From contig CBDCCI010000002.1 of the NCBI GenBank assembly GCA_965214705.1, forward strand, positions 1,632,001-1,696,000: a stretch of DNA of 64,000 nt, read 5' to 3'. The notes under the pieces were generated by a model. That model was not told the DNA's origin. It saw only the letters and a program-made list of their open reading frames with translations, and did no database searches. A program made the translations under genes and the position numbers. The stretch's first letter is position 1, and each line of letters starts with the position of its first letter. Of this stretch, positions 1 to 9,171 are shown in pieces. This DNA is from Alphaproteobacteria bacterium. Lineage in GTDB: Bacteria > Pseudomonadota > Alphaproteobacteria > UBA828.

Positions 1-1278
1 GAGGGATTTGGAGATCTGGTTCCATTGGTCGATCACCTCGGCGAGGGACAAATGGGGTTCGATGGCTCGCACGACCTGGTTGAGCATGAACCTGAAGTCA
101 CGCCAGGTGCTGTGCGGCCCGCCTCCAGGCTGTATCCCCAGGGGGAAACCGTGCTGGCATGACGGATCAGCTTTTCCACCAGCAGCGCCACCAGGAGTTT
201 GCCGTAGAGCCACGCCTTGGCGCTCTCGTCGTCGTATTTGGGCAGATGCCCCAACTGCGCCAGAGACTTGAAGCGCTTGAAGACCAGTTCGACCTGCCAG
301 CGGGTGCGATACCACTCCAGGACCTGCGCCGCGCTGAAGGCCGCTTCGGGAAAGGTCGTGAACACGATGACGTAGCGCGCGAACTCCAGGGTTCGCGGCC
401 GAACCTGCTTGCCCTTGCGCCCGGCCTCCTTGCGCAGCTTGCGCTGCGCCAGCCTGATGGCTTCCTGCGTCTTTCTGATCGCGCACACGCGCCCCGGCAC
501 CGCGATGCCGTCGCCGACCGCCAGCACGGGCCAGGATCGCACGCTGCCGACCCGCTTCAGCGTCGTGACGTGTGCAAGCAGGTCGAACGGCGCGCCGTCG
601 CGCGTTCGAAGCGACAGCGACCCGGTGTTCACGCGCACGGTGACGTGACCCCCCGCAGACACCACGTGGTGGAGGCCCGCAGCAGTCGAGTACGCCCGGT
701 CGGCGAGCACAAAGTCGCCCTCGCCGACCGGGAACTGCGAGAACGCCTCGCCCGTGCCCCGTCCCTCGCTCGCCGTGAGCTTGAAGAAGTCGCACGCCAG
801 CGACGGAAGGCGCACGCTGTAGTGCAGGCGCCACAGCGCCCCGGTCCGGCCCGGCTCCTTCACCGTCGTCGCGTCGAAGGCCCTGACCTGGAACCCGCCA
901 GCGGCCGACATCGCCATCCCCTGTTCGCGAAACAGCGCGACGCACAACGCGTGAAGCCAATCCCCCGACTTCCTCAGCCGCTTCAACAAGGCCACGTCGG
1001 ACAGATCGGCCAGGTTCGCCTTCCTCGCACGCACCACGGTCTCGCGCAGCGAGTGTCCGCAGGCCAGATGCAGCAACAGCGTGCGCAGCAGGGCATCGAC
1101 CGACTTGTCCTTGCGCAGACCCTTCAAGGCCCCGGTCTCCCGTGCCAACTCCCGCCAGCCCTCGGGCAGAAACAACGACACCACTTCCCACTCCTCGTCC
1201 ATCCGCCAAGCCTCCCCGCAGCGCGCACCAACCCACAATACGGAGTGCCGACATGACAAACAAGTTAGCGCTTATGGG
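1..1278 (-). mobile_element. IS4-family (IS186-like) insertion sequence, other end outside the window
   Basis: 1262-1278 reads CCCATAAGCGCTAACTT on the - strand, resembling the IS186 terminal repeat. Confidence 0.7.
33..1202 (-). CDS. IS4-family DDE transposase
   Basis: Motifs FDATT, LADRAY and EWYRTRWQVELVFKRFKS (YREK signature); likely start MDEEWE. Confidence 0.9.
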   Translation of the reverse strand: MDEEWEVVSLFLPEGWRELARETGALKGLRKDKSVDALLRTLLLHLACGHSLRETVVRARKANLADLSDVALLKRLRKSGDWLHALCVALFREQGMAMSAAGGFQVRAFDATTVKEPGRTGALWRLHYSVRLPSLACDFFKLTASEGRGTGEAFSQFPVGEGDFVLADRAYSTAAGLHHVVSAGGHVTVRVNTGSLSLRTRDGAPFDLLAHVTTLKRVGSVRSWPVLAVGDGIAVPGRVCAIRKTQEAIRLAQRKLRKEAGRKGKQVRPRTLEFARYVIVFTTFPEAAFSAAQVLEWYRTRWQVELVFKRFKSLAQLGHLPKYDDESAKAWLYGKLLVALLVEKLIRHASTVSPWGYSLEAGRTAPGVTSGSCSTRSCEPSNPICPSPR

Positions 1279-1420
1279 GCCTACACCACGGCCGACGGCA
1301 CGATCTACGAGGGTTCGTGGCGCGAGCGTTGCTTCGGCGAGCGCGAGGGTGGACGGGCGTGGAATTGCGGTACTCCATCCGTGTATAGTGCGGCTCGGAG
1401 TTGTCATGGGAACCGAGCCG
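1279..1420 (+). pseudogene. 3' remnant of a MORN-repeat gene interrupted by the IS
   Basis: AYTTADGTIYEGSW begins right after the IS end and resembles a MORN repeat. Confidence 0.45.
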
Positions 1421-1489
1421 GGGACCGTAGCGGGCCGCGCCGGCTCGGGGCGCCGAGAAATGGATTTCTGGAGGAGTGGGAGGCTGAGC

Positions 1490-2683
1490 ATGAGCGAAAA
1501 GTTGCGTATTCCGGACATATCGCGCCGCGACGTGCTTAAGGGCACGGCGGCTGCCGCGACTCTGGCGGCCGCTGGATCGCTGGCAACGACGCGCGTGGCG
1601 CAGGCGGCGTCCACGACGGTGAAGGGCTACGGCGTCACCACGTCGCAGCTCAAGGACTGGTCCATCATGGAGAAGGCCATCGGCATCACGATGGAATTCA
1701 CCGGGACCAACGCCGACATCGGCACTTACATGCGTGACGTGATCTCGAACGACCTCGGCGAGACTCACGATATCTTCATCTTCGACGGCGGGACCGAGGA
1801 CATCCTGGGTCCCCAGGGCTACTACGCTACCGTCATCGAGGATCACCCGAACCTCGAGCTCTGGGGGCGCACCTCCGACGATTGGAAGCGCACCGATCTG
1901 CTGCAGGACTACGACGGCAACCAGTACGGCGTGCCCGTCATCGGTAATGCGGACAGCTTCGGCTACTTCCCCGAGGCCATCGGCGCCAACCCTGAGGGTC
2001 TCGACGAGATCCCCTGGAGCAAGATGTTCGAGGACGAGGACACCAAGGGCCGCGTCTCGCTCGACCGCAGCTGGCTGCTTTCGAGCCCCGAGGTCGGCCT
2101 CTACCTCAAGGCGAACGGCCGGGCCGAGATCGAGGACGTCGCCAACATGACCGGCGAGGAAGCCCGCGTGGTCGCGGACTTCGCGGCCGACCGCAAGCGC
2201 GCCGGGCAGTTCCGCTCACTCCACGCGGCCTTCGAGGAGCAGGTGCAGCTGCTCAGCAACAAGGAGATCGACCTGATCAACTGCTGGGAGCCGGCGACCA
2301 AGGAGGCCAACAACATCCTCGGCCCCGGCACGGTGATCTACGCCTTCACGGTCGAGGGCTATTACAAGTGGGGCCATGGCGCCTACATGCACACCAAGGC
2401 CGGCGAGCGCGACAACGTCGACAACATCTACAAGGTGCTCAACTACTACATGACCGGCGAGTATCGCGCCTACCAGGCGATCCAGCGCGGCTACGCCGGA
2501 CCCAACATGGACCTCGGCGTGAAGTACGCGGAGGACAACGGCTGGCCGCAGGAGCAGATCGACGAGCTCAAGTGGACCGAGGTCAAGGTCAACAAGAAGT
2601 TCGAGAAGCCCTTCTTCGGCAAGCCCGCAGCGCCGAACTCCGATGTCATGGAAGAGGAGTGGCAGCGGTTCCTAAACGCCTGA
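1490..2683 (+). CDS. ABC transporter substrate-binding protein, PotD/PotF-like, Tat-exported
   Basis: SRRDVLKG twin-arginine signal ending AQA; lies upstream of two permeases. Confidence 0.85.
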   Translation: MSEKLRIPDISRRDVLKGTAAAATLAAAGSLATTRVAQAASTTVKGYGVTTSQLKDWSIMEKAIGITMEFTGTNADIGTYMRDVISNDLGETHDIFIFDGGTEDILGPQGYYATVIEDHPNLELWGRTSDDWKRTDLLQDYDGNQYGVPVIGNADSFGYFPEAIGANPEGLDEIPWSKMFEDEDTKGRVSLDRSWLLSSPEVGLYLKANGRAEIEDVANMTGEEARVVADFAADRKRAGQFRSLHAAFEEQVQLLSNKEIDLINCWEPATKEANNILGPGTVIYAFTVEGYYKWGHGAYMHTKAGERDNVDNIYKVLNYYMTGEYRAYQAIQRGYAGPNMDLGVKYAEDNGWPQEQIDELKWTEVKVNKKFEKPFFGKPAAPNSDVMEEEWQRFLNA

Positions 2684-2707
2684 CCGCGCCATTCGCGATG
2701 TGACGAC

Positions 2708-2762
2708 AGCCCCGGTGCGCCCCGCGAACACCTTCGCACGGCGCGCCGGGGCTCTTTCTTTG
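2708..2762 (+). terminator. Hairpin after the binding-protein gene (terminator or mRNA stabiliser)
   Basis: AGCCCCGGTGCGCC...GGCGCGCCGGGGCT followed by CTTTCTTT. Confidence 0.55.
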
Positions 2763-2772
2763 TCGGCGAGCG

Positions 2773-3693
2773 ATGACTGACTCGGCGGGAAGCGGCTTCC
2801 TCGACGATCTCCGCGCCGGCTACACCCGGATGTTCTCGGGCAACTGGGTGGTGCCGGTGTTCGTCGCCGCGTGGGTGGTCATCGTCATCCTGCCGTTGCT
2901 GGTCATGGTGGCGCACTCGTTCTTCGAGATGAAGAACTACCAGGTGTCCTACGACGCCTCGTTCAAGACATGGAATTCGTTGATCGACTCCGGGCGCTGG
3001 ATCGCGGCGGTGCGCACGCTCCGCGTCGTGCTCGTGATGACGGTGGTCGAGTTCCTGATCGCCTTCCCCTTCGCGCTGTGGCTCGCCAAGACCTGCAAGT
3101 CGAAGGTGACCAAGGCGGTCATCATCACGCTGCTCACCATCCCGTTCTTCCTCGACCCCTCCTCGCGCACGATCATCTGGCGCGCCATCCTGGGCAAGAA
3201 CGGCATCATCAACACCGTCCTCATGGAGCTCGGCATCATCGGCGAGCCCATGGAATGGATGCTGTTCTCGGAGTTCGCCGTCCACTTCGGGATGCTCGCG
3301 CCCTACTTCCCGACGATGGTGTTTCCCATCTTCCTGGTCGTGAGCCTCATCGACGACCACTACCTGGAGGCGAGCCGCGACCTCGGCGCGAGCAAGCTGC
3401 ACACGCTCTTCTTCATCATCTTGCCGCTCTCGCTGCCGGGCATCGTCGCCGGCGCCGTCTTCACCATGGTGCCGCTCATGGCGACCTGGGTAGAGCCGGA
3501 GATGCTGGGCGGCGGCTTCGTCAACCTGCTCGGGCCATCGGTGGAGGCCGCGATTCGGAATCTGAAGTACCCGACCGCGGCCGCGCTCTCGGTCTTCGTC
3601 ATCATCGTGCTCGCGCTGCTGCTCACGCTGCTGATCCTGGCGACGCGGCGGCTCGGCTCCATCGGCGACGTCTTCCAGACGTTGAGGCGGTGA
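2773..3693 (+). CDS. ABC permease, PotB-like
   Basis: Hydrophobic; EAA loop LEASRDLGASK; LPLSLPGIVAG. Confidence 0.9.
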   Translation: MTDSAGSGFLDDLRAGYTRMFSGNWVVPVFVAAWVVIVILPLLVMVAHSFFEMKNYQVSYDASFKTWNSLIDSGRWIAAVRTLRVVLVMTVVEFLIAFPFALWLAKTCKSKVTKAVIITLLTIPFFLDPSSRTIIWRAILGKNGIINTVLMELGIIGEPMEWMLFSEFAVHFGMLAPYFPTMVFPIFLVVSLIDDHYLEASRDLGASKLHTLFFIILPLSLPGIVAGAVFTMVPLMATWVEPEMLGGGFVNLLGPSVEAAIRNLKYPTAAALSVFVIIVLALLLTLLILATRRLGSIGDVFQTLRR

Positions 3694-3697
3694 GACG

Positions 3698-4573
3698 ATG
3701 AGCGAGCGGGCGCAGCACAGGATGGCGGCGACCATCGACGACCAGATCGGCCACGGCGGTGCGCTCTTCTGGCGGCGCCTCTCGGCGTGGCGGCTCTGGA
3801 CCGCGATCGCCAAGTGGCTCGGGCTGATCGTCATCCTGCTGATGTACATCCCGCTGGTCTGGCTCGCGGTGATGTCGTTCAGCGGCCGGCCGCTCTCGGG
3901 CATCCCCTACCCGCTCACCATGGAGCACTACGACGAGCTCATGGGCGCGTTCAACAAGTGGGGGGAGCCGCTCTACGAGAGCGTCGCCATGGGCGTGGTG
4001 GTCGGCATCGTCTGCATGATCGTGGCGACCGCCGTGGGCCGCGCCATGCCCCGGATGCGCAAGCCGGGCGGGGTGATCCTGATTGCGCTCATCCCCCTCT
4101 TCGTGCCGGGGCTCACCATGGGTGCGGCGCTCTTCATCTCGGTCCGCTCCTTCCTCGACCTCCGGCTCGGGCTCTGGTCGATCTTCCTCGGCCACATGGT
4201 GTGGTCGCTGCCGTTCTCGCTCCTGCTTGTGCTGATCATCGCGACCCGCTTCGACCACCGCCTGCTGGAGGCCGCCCAGGACTTGGGCGCCACCGGCTGG
4301 CGCCGCTTCTGGGATATCGAGTTTCCGATCCTGCGCCCCGGCATCGTCGGCGCCGGCATCTTCGGCTTCCTGCTCTCCTTCAACGAGCTGCTGCGCTCGA
4401 TCTTCCTGCGTGGCTCGGAGACGACGATGCCGATCTATAACTGGACCATGACAGCGTCGCACCAGTCGCAAGTGCCGATCATCTTCTCGTTGTCGACGAT
4501 CATTCTGGCCGTCACACTGCCGATCCTCGGCGGCTTCTTCTGGCTGCTGTTCGCGAAGTTGGATCGCGGCTGA
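3698..4573 (+). CDS. ABC permease, PotC-like
   Basis: LLEAAQDLGAT, FLLSFNE, ETTMP motifs. Confidence 0.9.
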   Translation: MSERAQHRMAATIDDQIGHGGALFWRRLSAWRLWTAIAKWLGLIVILLMYIPLVWLAVMSFSGRPLSGIPYPLTMEHYDELMGAFNKWGEPLYESVAMGVVVGIVCMIVATAVGRAMPRMRKPGGVILIALIPLFVPGLTMGAALFISVRSFLDLRLGLWSIFLGHMVWSLPFSLLLVLIIATRFDHRLLEAAQDLGATGWRRFWDIEFPILRPGIVGAGIFGFLLSFNELLRSIFLRGSETTMPIYNWTMTASHQSQVPIIFSLSTIILAVTLPILGGFFWLLFAKLDRG

Positions 4574-4584
4574 GCGCCGACCGC

Positions 4585-6012
4585 TCACTCCGGGCGCAAC
4601 ACGTCGAAGGCGATGCTGATACGCTCCTCGTCGCCTTTGAACGGAAGCGTGCGATGAAACGTATAGGAGGGAAACAGGAGCATCAGCCCTTCCTCGGGTT
4701 TGACAAGCCTGGTCTCGGGCTCCGCTCGGATCTGGAAGTCCCAATAGGGCCGCCCGAACTCGATCCACCCGGCATGGGCAGCATCGTCCTCGTCGACGGC
4801 CCTGGGCAGATGCACATAGTAGACCCCGCTCAGCCAAGCCGATGGATGGATATGGGGAACCTGATATGCGCCCGCATCGAGGATCACCCCCCACGCCGTG
4901 GTTCTGGTTTGGCGCGGAACATCGGCCATAAACGGATGATCCGAGCCCCGCGGCAGCGCCTCTCGATAGTCGTCTACCGCGCGTTCGATCATCTTATGAA
5001 ATGTCGCGATCGCGGGCCCGCGGCCCGGGAACAACTCTCCCGTGCTCTTGCCCCTCTCCATCGAGTAGCTTTCGGGCGCCTCCTGCAAGGTCGGATGGCT
5101 TCGGATATGGGCGGCCAAGGCCTCATTGAACGCGGTCATGTCCGCAAAACCGGCGGGCGGCGAGCAACGCACGTGCCGAATCAAGCCATCGAAGCCGAGC
5201 AGCTCTCGCGCCGCGGCGTGCTCCCCCAGCTCCCATAGGGCGACCGCCTTCATGGCGAGCGCACCGCTTTGGCCCGGACGGCGAGCCAAAAATGCGTCGC
5301 AGGCCTCAAGCGCAGCGCGCGGATCCTTCCGATCGAAATGCGCGTGGACATGGCGCGGCTTGCCTACCTGGAACGAGGCATCGAGAACATCGACCTTGAG
5401 CGCCGCCGCCCGCTGATAGGCTCTCAGAGCATTGTTGAGACTGCCACTCGCGTAAAGCGCGTTCCCGAGGGCGAAGTGCGCCTCCGCATTTTCGGGATCG
5501 ATCGCGATCGCCCGGTGGAACGCGCGCTCGGCCCGGTCGAGGTCCCCCTTCGCGTGGTCGACCAGGCCGATCTGAAGCATGGTACCGGCATGATCGGGGC
5601 GAAGCTCGGCGGCGCGACCAAAGGCCGCGGCGGCGCCATCCAGATCACCCTTCCCGCGCAGCGCGTGACCGAGGTTGAAATGCGTCTCCGCTTTGGCCGG
5701 ATCGATCTCGACTGCGCGGCGATATGCGGTGATCGCCCCGTCGATATGACCGGCTACCTGGAGCGCGTTGCCAAGATCGTTATGTGCGCCCGAATCGCGA
5801 TCGTCGAGCGCGACGGCGCGCCGCAACAGCGCGACCGCCTGTCTGGGCTCGTCGAGTTGGAGCGAGACCACGGCGCAGGCCTTCAACGCATCCTTGTGAT
5901 CGGGGCGTGCGGCGAGAACCTCGCGATAGAGCGCCTGCGAATCGGTGAGCCGCCCGGTTCGCCGATAGAGGGCGGCTCGGCGCAACGCTTCACGGATGCG
6001 GGTCGCCGACAT
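4585..6012 (-). CDS. TPR-repeat protein with C-terminal 2OG-Fe(II) oxygenase-like domain
   Basis: Several TPRs; HIHPSAWLSGVYY, FPSYTFH and RISIAFD motifs. Start could be 6117. Confidence 0.85.
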   Translation of the reverse strand: MSATRIREALRRAALYRRTGRLTDSQALYREVLAARPDHKDALKACAVVSLQLDEPRQAVALLRRAVALDDRDSGAHNDLGNALQVAGHIDGAITAYRRAVEIDPAKAETHFNLGHALRGKGDLDGAAAAFGRAAELRPDHAGTMLQIGLVDHAKGDLDRAERAFHRAIAIDPENAEAHFALGNALYASGSLNNALRAYQRAAALKVDVLDASFQVGKPRHVHAHFDRKDPRAALEACDAFLARRPGQSGALAMKAVALWELGEHAAARELLGFDGLIRHVRCSPPAGFADMTAFNEALAAHIRSHPTLQEAPESYSMERGKSTGELFPGRGPAIATFHKMIERAVDDYREALPRGSDHPFMADVPRQTRTTAWGVILDAGAYQVPHIHPSAWLSGVYYVHLPRAVDEDDAAHAGWIEFGRPYWDFQIRAEPETRLVKPEEGLMLLFPSYTFHRTLPFKGDEERISIAFDVLRPE

Positions 6013-6171
6013 CGTCGCACGACGACCGCCGTCGCTGGTGCCTTGGCGCGCCGCTCCCGGTGCGTCAGTGGGCCAAGAACTCTTCCCTCGCGAACGTCTG
6101 CTCTGGTTCAGCGCCATGCCGCCTTCCGACCCTCGCCCCCTCCGTTAAGGGAGCACGACGTGAGGTGATGC

Positions 6172-6315
6172 TAGAGTATTTTTCGGCCTCAGAGAATCCG
6201 TACAATTTTCAGTTGGTTGGGTTCGCAATTCAAGATACGGGCTGGTGAGGGAGGCCAACCCGCATGACGCGACGTCCCTCGAATGATTTGCGTCACCGGG
6301 TCGCGGTGGCAAGCG
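6172..6315 (+). pseudogene. IS630-family left-end remnant
   Basis: TAGAGTATTTTTCGG end-like sequence, then MTRRPSNDLRHRVAVA resembling IS630 transposase N-termini. Confidence 0.45.
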
Positions 6316-7266
6316 CCGAGCCCGATTACGGAATCTTTGCCATGAGCGTCGAACTTTCCACTGCCCACGGTAAATCTCCCATCTGGCAAATCCATCTTCA
6401 AATAGTGTGCGAATTAACACCCGGCCCTGCCTGCCGGATGCCGCGCAAAGCGCGAGCCTCCTAACACCATCACCTGAGACGCGATCGTCGGGTCGAACGC
6501 TTGCGCCAAGTAAGGATTGGGGCTTCGCCTGCCAAGCACGCTCACTTCGAGGCCGAATGAGCCGCCTTCATTGCGGCTTTCGCCCAAGTGCAGGGCTCGC
6601 GAGGGAACTGTTCGCAGAACCTTGTGATTGAACCGCCGTTACCGGTATCCAGTGCAGCACACATCAGGAACAAGGGGTATTAGGCTGCGTACTCATAAAG
6701 TAACGCCTCCGTGCAGGCCGAACATGGCTCTTGTCCCGCTCGGCATTCCGCTCCCGCGTCCGAGCCGCAATCGGCATGGCCCGTCGCGCGGCGCTGCCCG
6801 GACGCCCGGCTTCTCCGCTCCGAACCCAGTCCATTTCGGACCTCCGGCGCCGACGCGGTATCGACTCGCGGGCCCGGCCCTCGCCCGCGAAAGAGTTCAG
6901 AGCAGCCGGCGCAGCCCGACCCGGAGCGTTGAAGGCGGCCGATCTCCCTCCGGAAGAGCCGGGGCCGCGATCAGTGGCGAGCGGGCCACAGCCGACCCGA
7001 AGCGGTACGGCAGGACCATTTACAGTCGTGCATCGGGCGCTGTCGGAGGCGCCGGGGGCAACGAGTGTGGTGAACAGGACCGTCACTCGGACTTGATTGC
7101 CGACAGCAGCGGTTCGACGATGGGTACAATCGCGATCTGTCGGTATGTCGCCGTGACCGCGCAATGGTTCGGCGACACCTGTTCGTAACAAATCGTTTCT
7201 ACCCTCGACCAGCACCTTCGCGCGCGTCTCCTCTGCTGAACGAGATACAATCGGCGGGCCGGTCCC

Positions 7267-8904
7267 ATGATCGAGATCATCGCAGGCATAGCGGGAGGAC
7301 TCGGGCTCTTCTTCGTCGGCATGTGGCTGCTCACGGAAAACCTGCGAGCACTCGCCAGCCGCCGCCTGCGGATGATCGCTCACCGGTGGACGGAGAACGG
7401 ACTGAGCGGGTTCTCGTGGGGAGCGCTTGCCGGCACCGTCACCCAGAACTCGACCGCGCTGACCTTCATTCTGGTGAGCATGCTGAGATCGGGCCTGATC
7501 TCCACACGCGGCGCCCTCATCGTCCTGATCGGCGGCAATATCGGCGTGACGCTGCTGGTGCTCGTGGTGACGTTCGACATCGAGCTGATCTCGATGTGTG
7601 TCCTCGGCGTCGCGGGCGTGGCCATGATCAGCGAGCGGCTGTCGAGGTACAGGCTTATCGCCGCGTCCTTCTTCGGTGGCGCCATGATCATTCTCGGGCT
7701 CGTCTTGCTCAAGCAGGCGGTCGCGCCATTGGCGGACGAGCCCTGGTTCGGCGGGATGGTCGAGTCGATGGAGGGCTCCCTGGTTCTCGCTTTCCTGATC
7801 GGCGCGCTGCTGACCTTCATCGTGCAATCGGTGATCGTTGTCTGCGTCGTCGGCGTCAGCGTGGCGACGCTCGGCGTCATCACGATCGACCAGACGATCA
7901 TGCTCATCTATGGCAGCGTTCTCGGAGCCAGCGTGACCTTGCTCGTCTTGGCGGCCGGCCTCACCGGGCGAGCCCGTCAGGTTGCCATGTACCAGGTGCT
8001 CGTCAACGGGCTGAGTAGTCCTGTACTGGTTCTGTTGTTCGTCATCGAGCTCAATTTCGATATCCCGTTGCTCAAGTCCCTGGCATTCTCGTTCGATGTG
8101 AGCCTGGCCCAGCAACTGGCCCTCTGCGTTGTCTTCATTCCCCTGTTCTGCTCGCCCTTCATGGTTCTTACCCTGAAGCCGTCGGTCCGTCTGTTGGAAC
8201 GGTTGTGGCCGGACACGGCCGAGGAGCAGGCGTCACGGACGAAGTTCATCCACGACCACGCCTTGACGGACGTGGAGAGTGCGCTCGCGCTGGTCGACCT
8301 CGAGCAGCGGCGTGTGCTGGAGATCCTGACGCAGTATTTCGACCGGGTGCGGCAGGGAGACAAAGTGGACACGCTTCACGAGGCGACACGCAACCTGTTG
8401 ACCGAAATCGAGGAGTTTCTGGTTGAGTCGGCCGGACACCACCCCAGCCAGAGTGTCGAGGATCACAGCTCCATGCTGACCCGCCAGAAGCTTCTGTCTT
8501 GGTTGGAGGATCAGGTGGCAAACCTGTGCACGATGCTGCAGTCCCTGTCCGATCGACCGGACGACAGGGCGCTTCGAACCACCATCTGCGAGGGCGTCGA
8601 CGCGGTATTCCTGTCACTGCACTATGCCATCGAGAGCGACGACGACGAATTGTGGCCGATGGCAAAGAAGCTGGTCGACGATCGCAGCGACTTGATGTCG
8701 AACATTCGCCGCACGTACCGGCAATCGGGACAGCCTCTCGACGAGGCGGAGCGCGCTCGCATCGTGGAGATCACCAACACGGTCGAACAGATCTTCTTCC
8801 TTCTGTCCAAGTTGGTTCGGGAGTTGGACGCCTCTCCGATCCCGTCCACATACGACCTGGTGAGCCGGCACATGCGGCCCGACCGAGCCGGTATTGGTTC
8901 GTGA
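7267..8904 (+). CDS. Na/Pi cotransporter family protein
   Basis: GGLGLFFVGM; repeated QNSTA...GGNIG and QSVI...GSVLG motifs; soluble helical C-terminus. Confidence 0.85.
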   Translation: MIEIIAGIAGGLGLFFVGMWLLTENLRALASRRLRMIAHRWTENGLSGFSWGALAGTVTQNSTALTFILVSMLRSGLISTRGALIVLIGGNIGVTLLVLVVTFDIELISMCVLGVAGVAMISERLSRYRLIAASFFGGAMIILGLVLLKQAVAPLADEPWFGGMVESMEGSLVLAFLIGALLTFIVQSVIVVCVVGVSVATLGVITIDQTIMLIYGSVLGASVTLLVLAAGLTGRARQVAMYQVLVNGLSSPVLVLLFVIELNFDIPLLKSLAFSFDVSLAQQLALCVVFIPLFCSPFMVLTLKPSVRLLERLWPDTAEEQASRTKFIHDHALTDVESALALVDLEQRRVLEILTQYFDRVRQGDKVDTLHEATRNLLTEIEEFLVESAGHHPSQSVEDHSSMLTRQKLLSWLEDQVANLCTMLQSLSDRPDDRALRTTICEGVDAVFLSLHYAIESDDDELWPMAKKLVDDRSDLMSNIRRTYRQSGQPLDEAERARIVEITNTVEQIFFLLSKLVRELDASPIPSTYDLVSRHMRPDRAGIGS

Positions 8905-9171
8905 GGCGGATGAGGAAGACCGATGCAAGGGTCACCCTCGAACGCCTGATGGCGGGCGACCCGGTCACGGTCGTCGTGTGCGTGCAGCCGACCATGACAT
9001 GCAGTGAGCCGAGGATGTTCGACAGCGATGTCCCGAAGCAGGGTGACGGACGCGGACGCACCGGGGTGCAGCAGCCGGAAGCCCCGCCGCGCGTTCGTGT
9101 CCCATTGACTGCCGACGCTCAAGGATTGACGGTACGGCAGCCAGGACCACTCGGGTAGCCTCGATACGGCC

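Noticed and set aside
6320-7260. Long intergenic region as possible ncRNA or riboswitch
   Set aside because: No recognisable RNA motif or paired ends found by eye; only a possible IS-end fragment near 6610.
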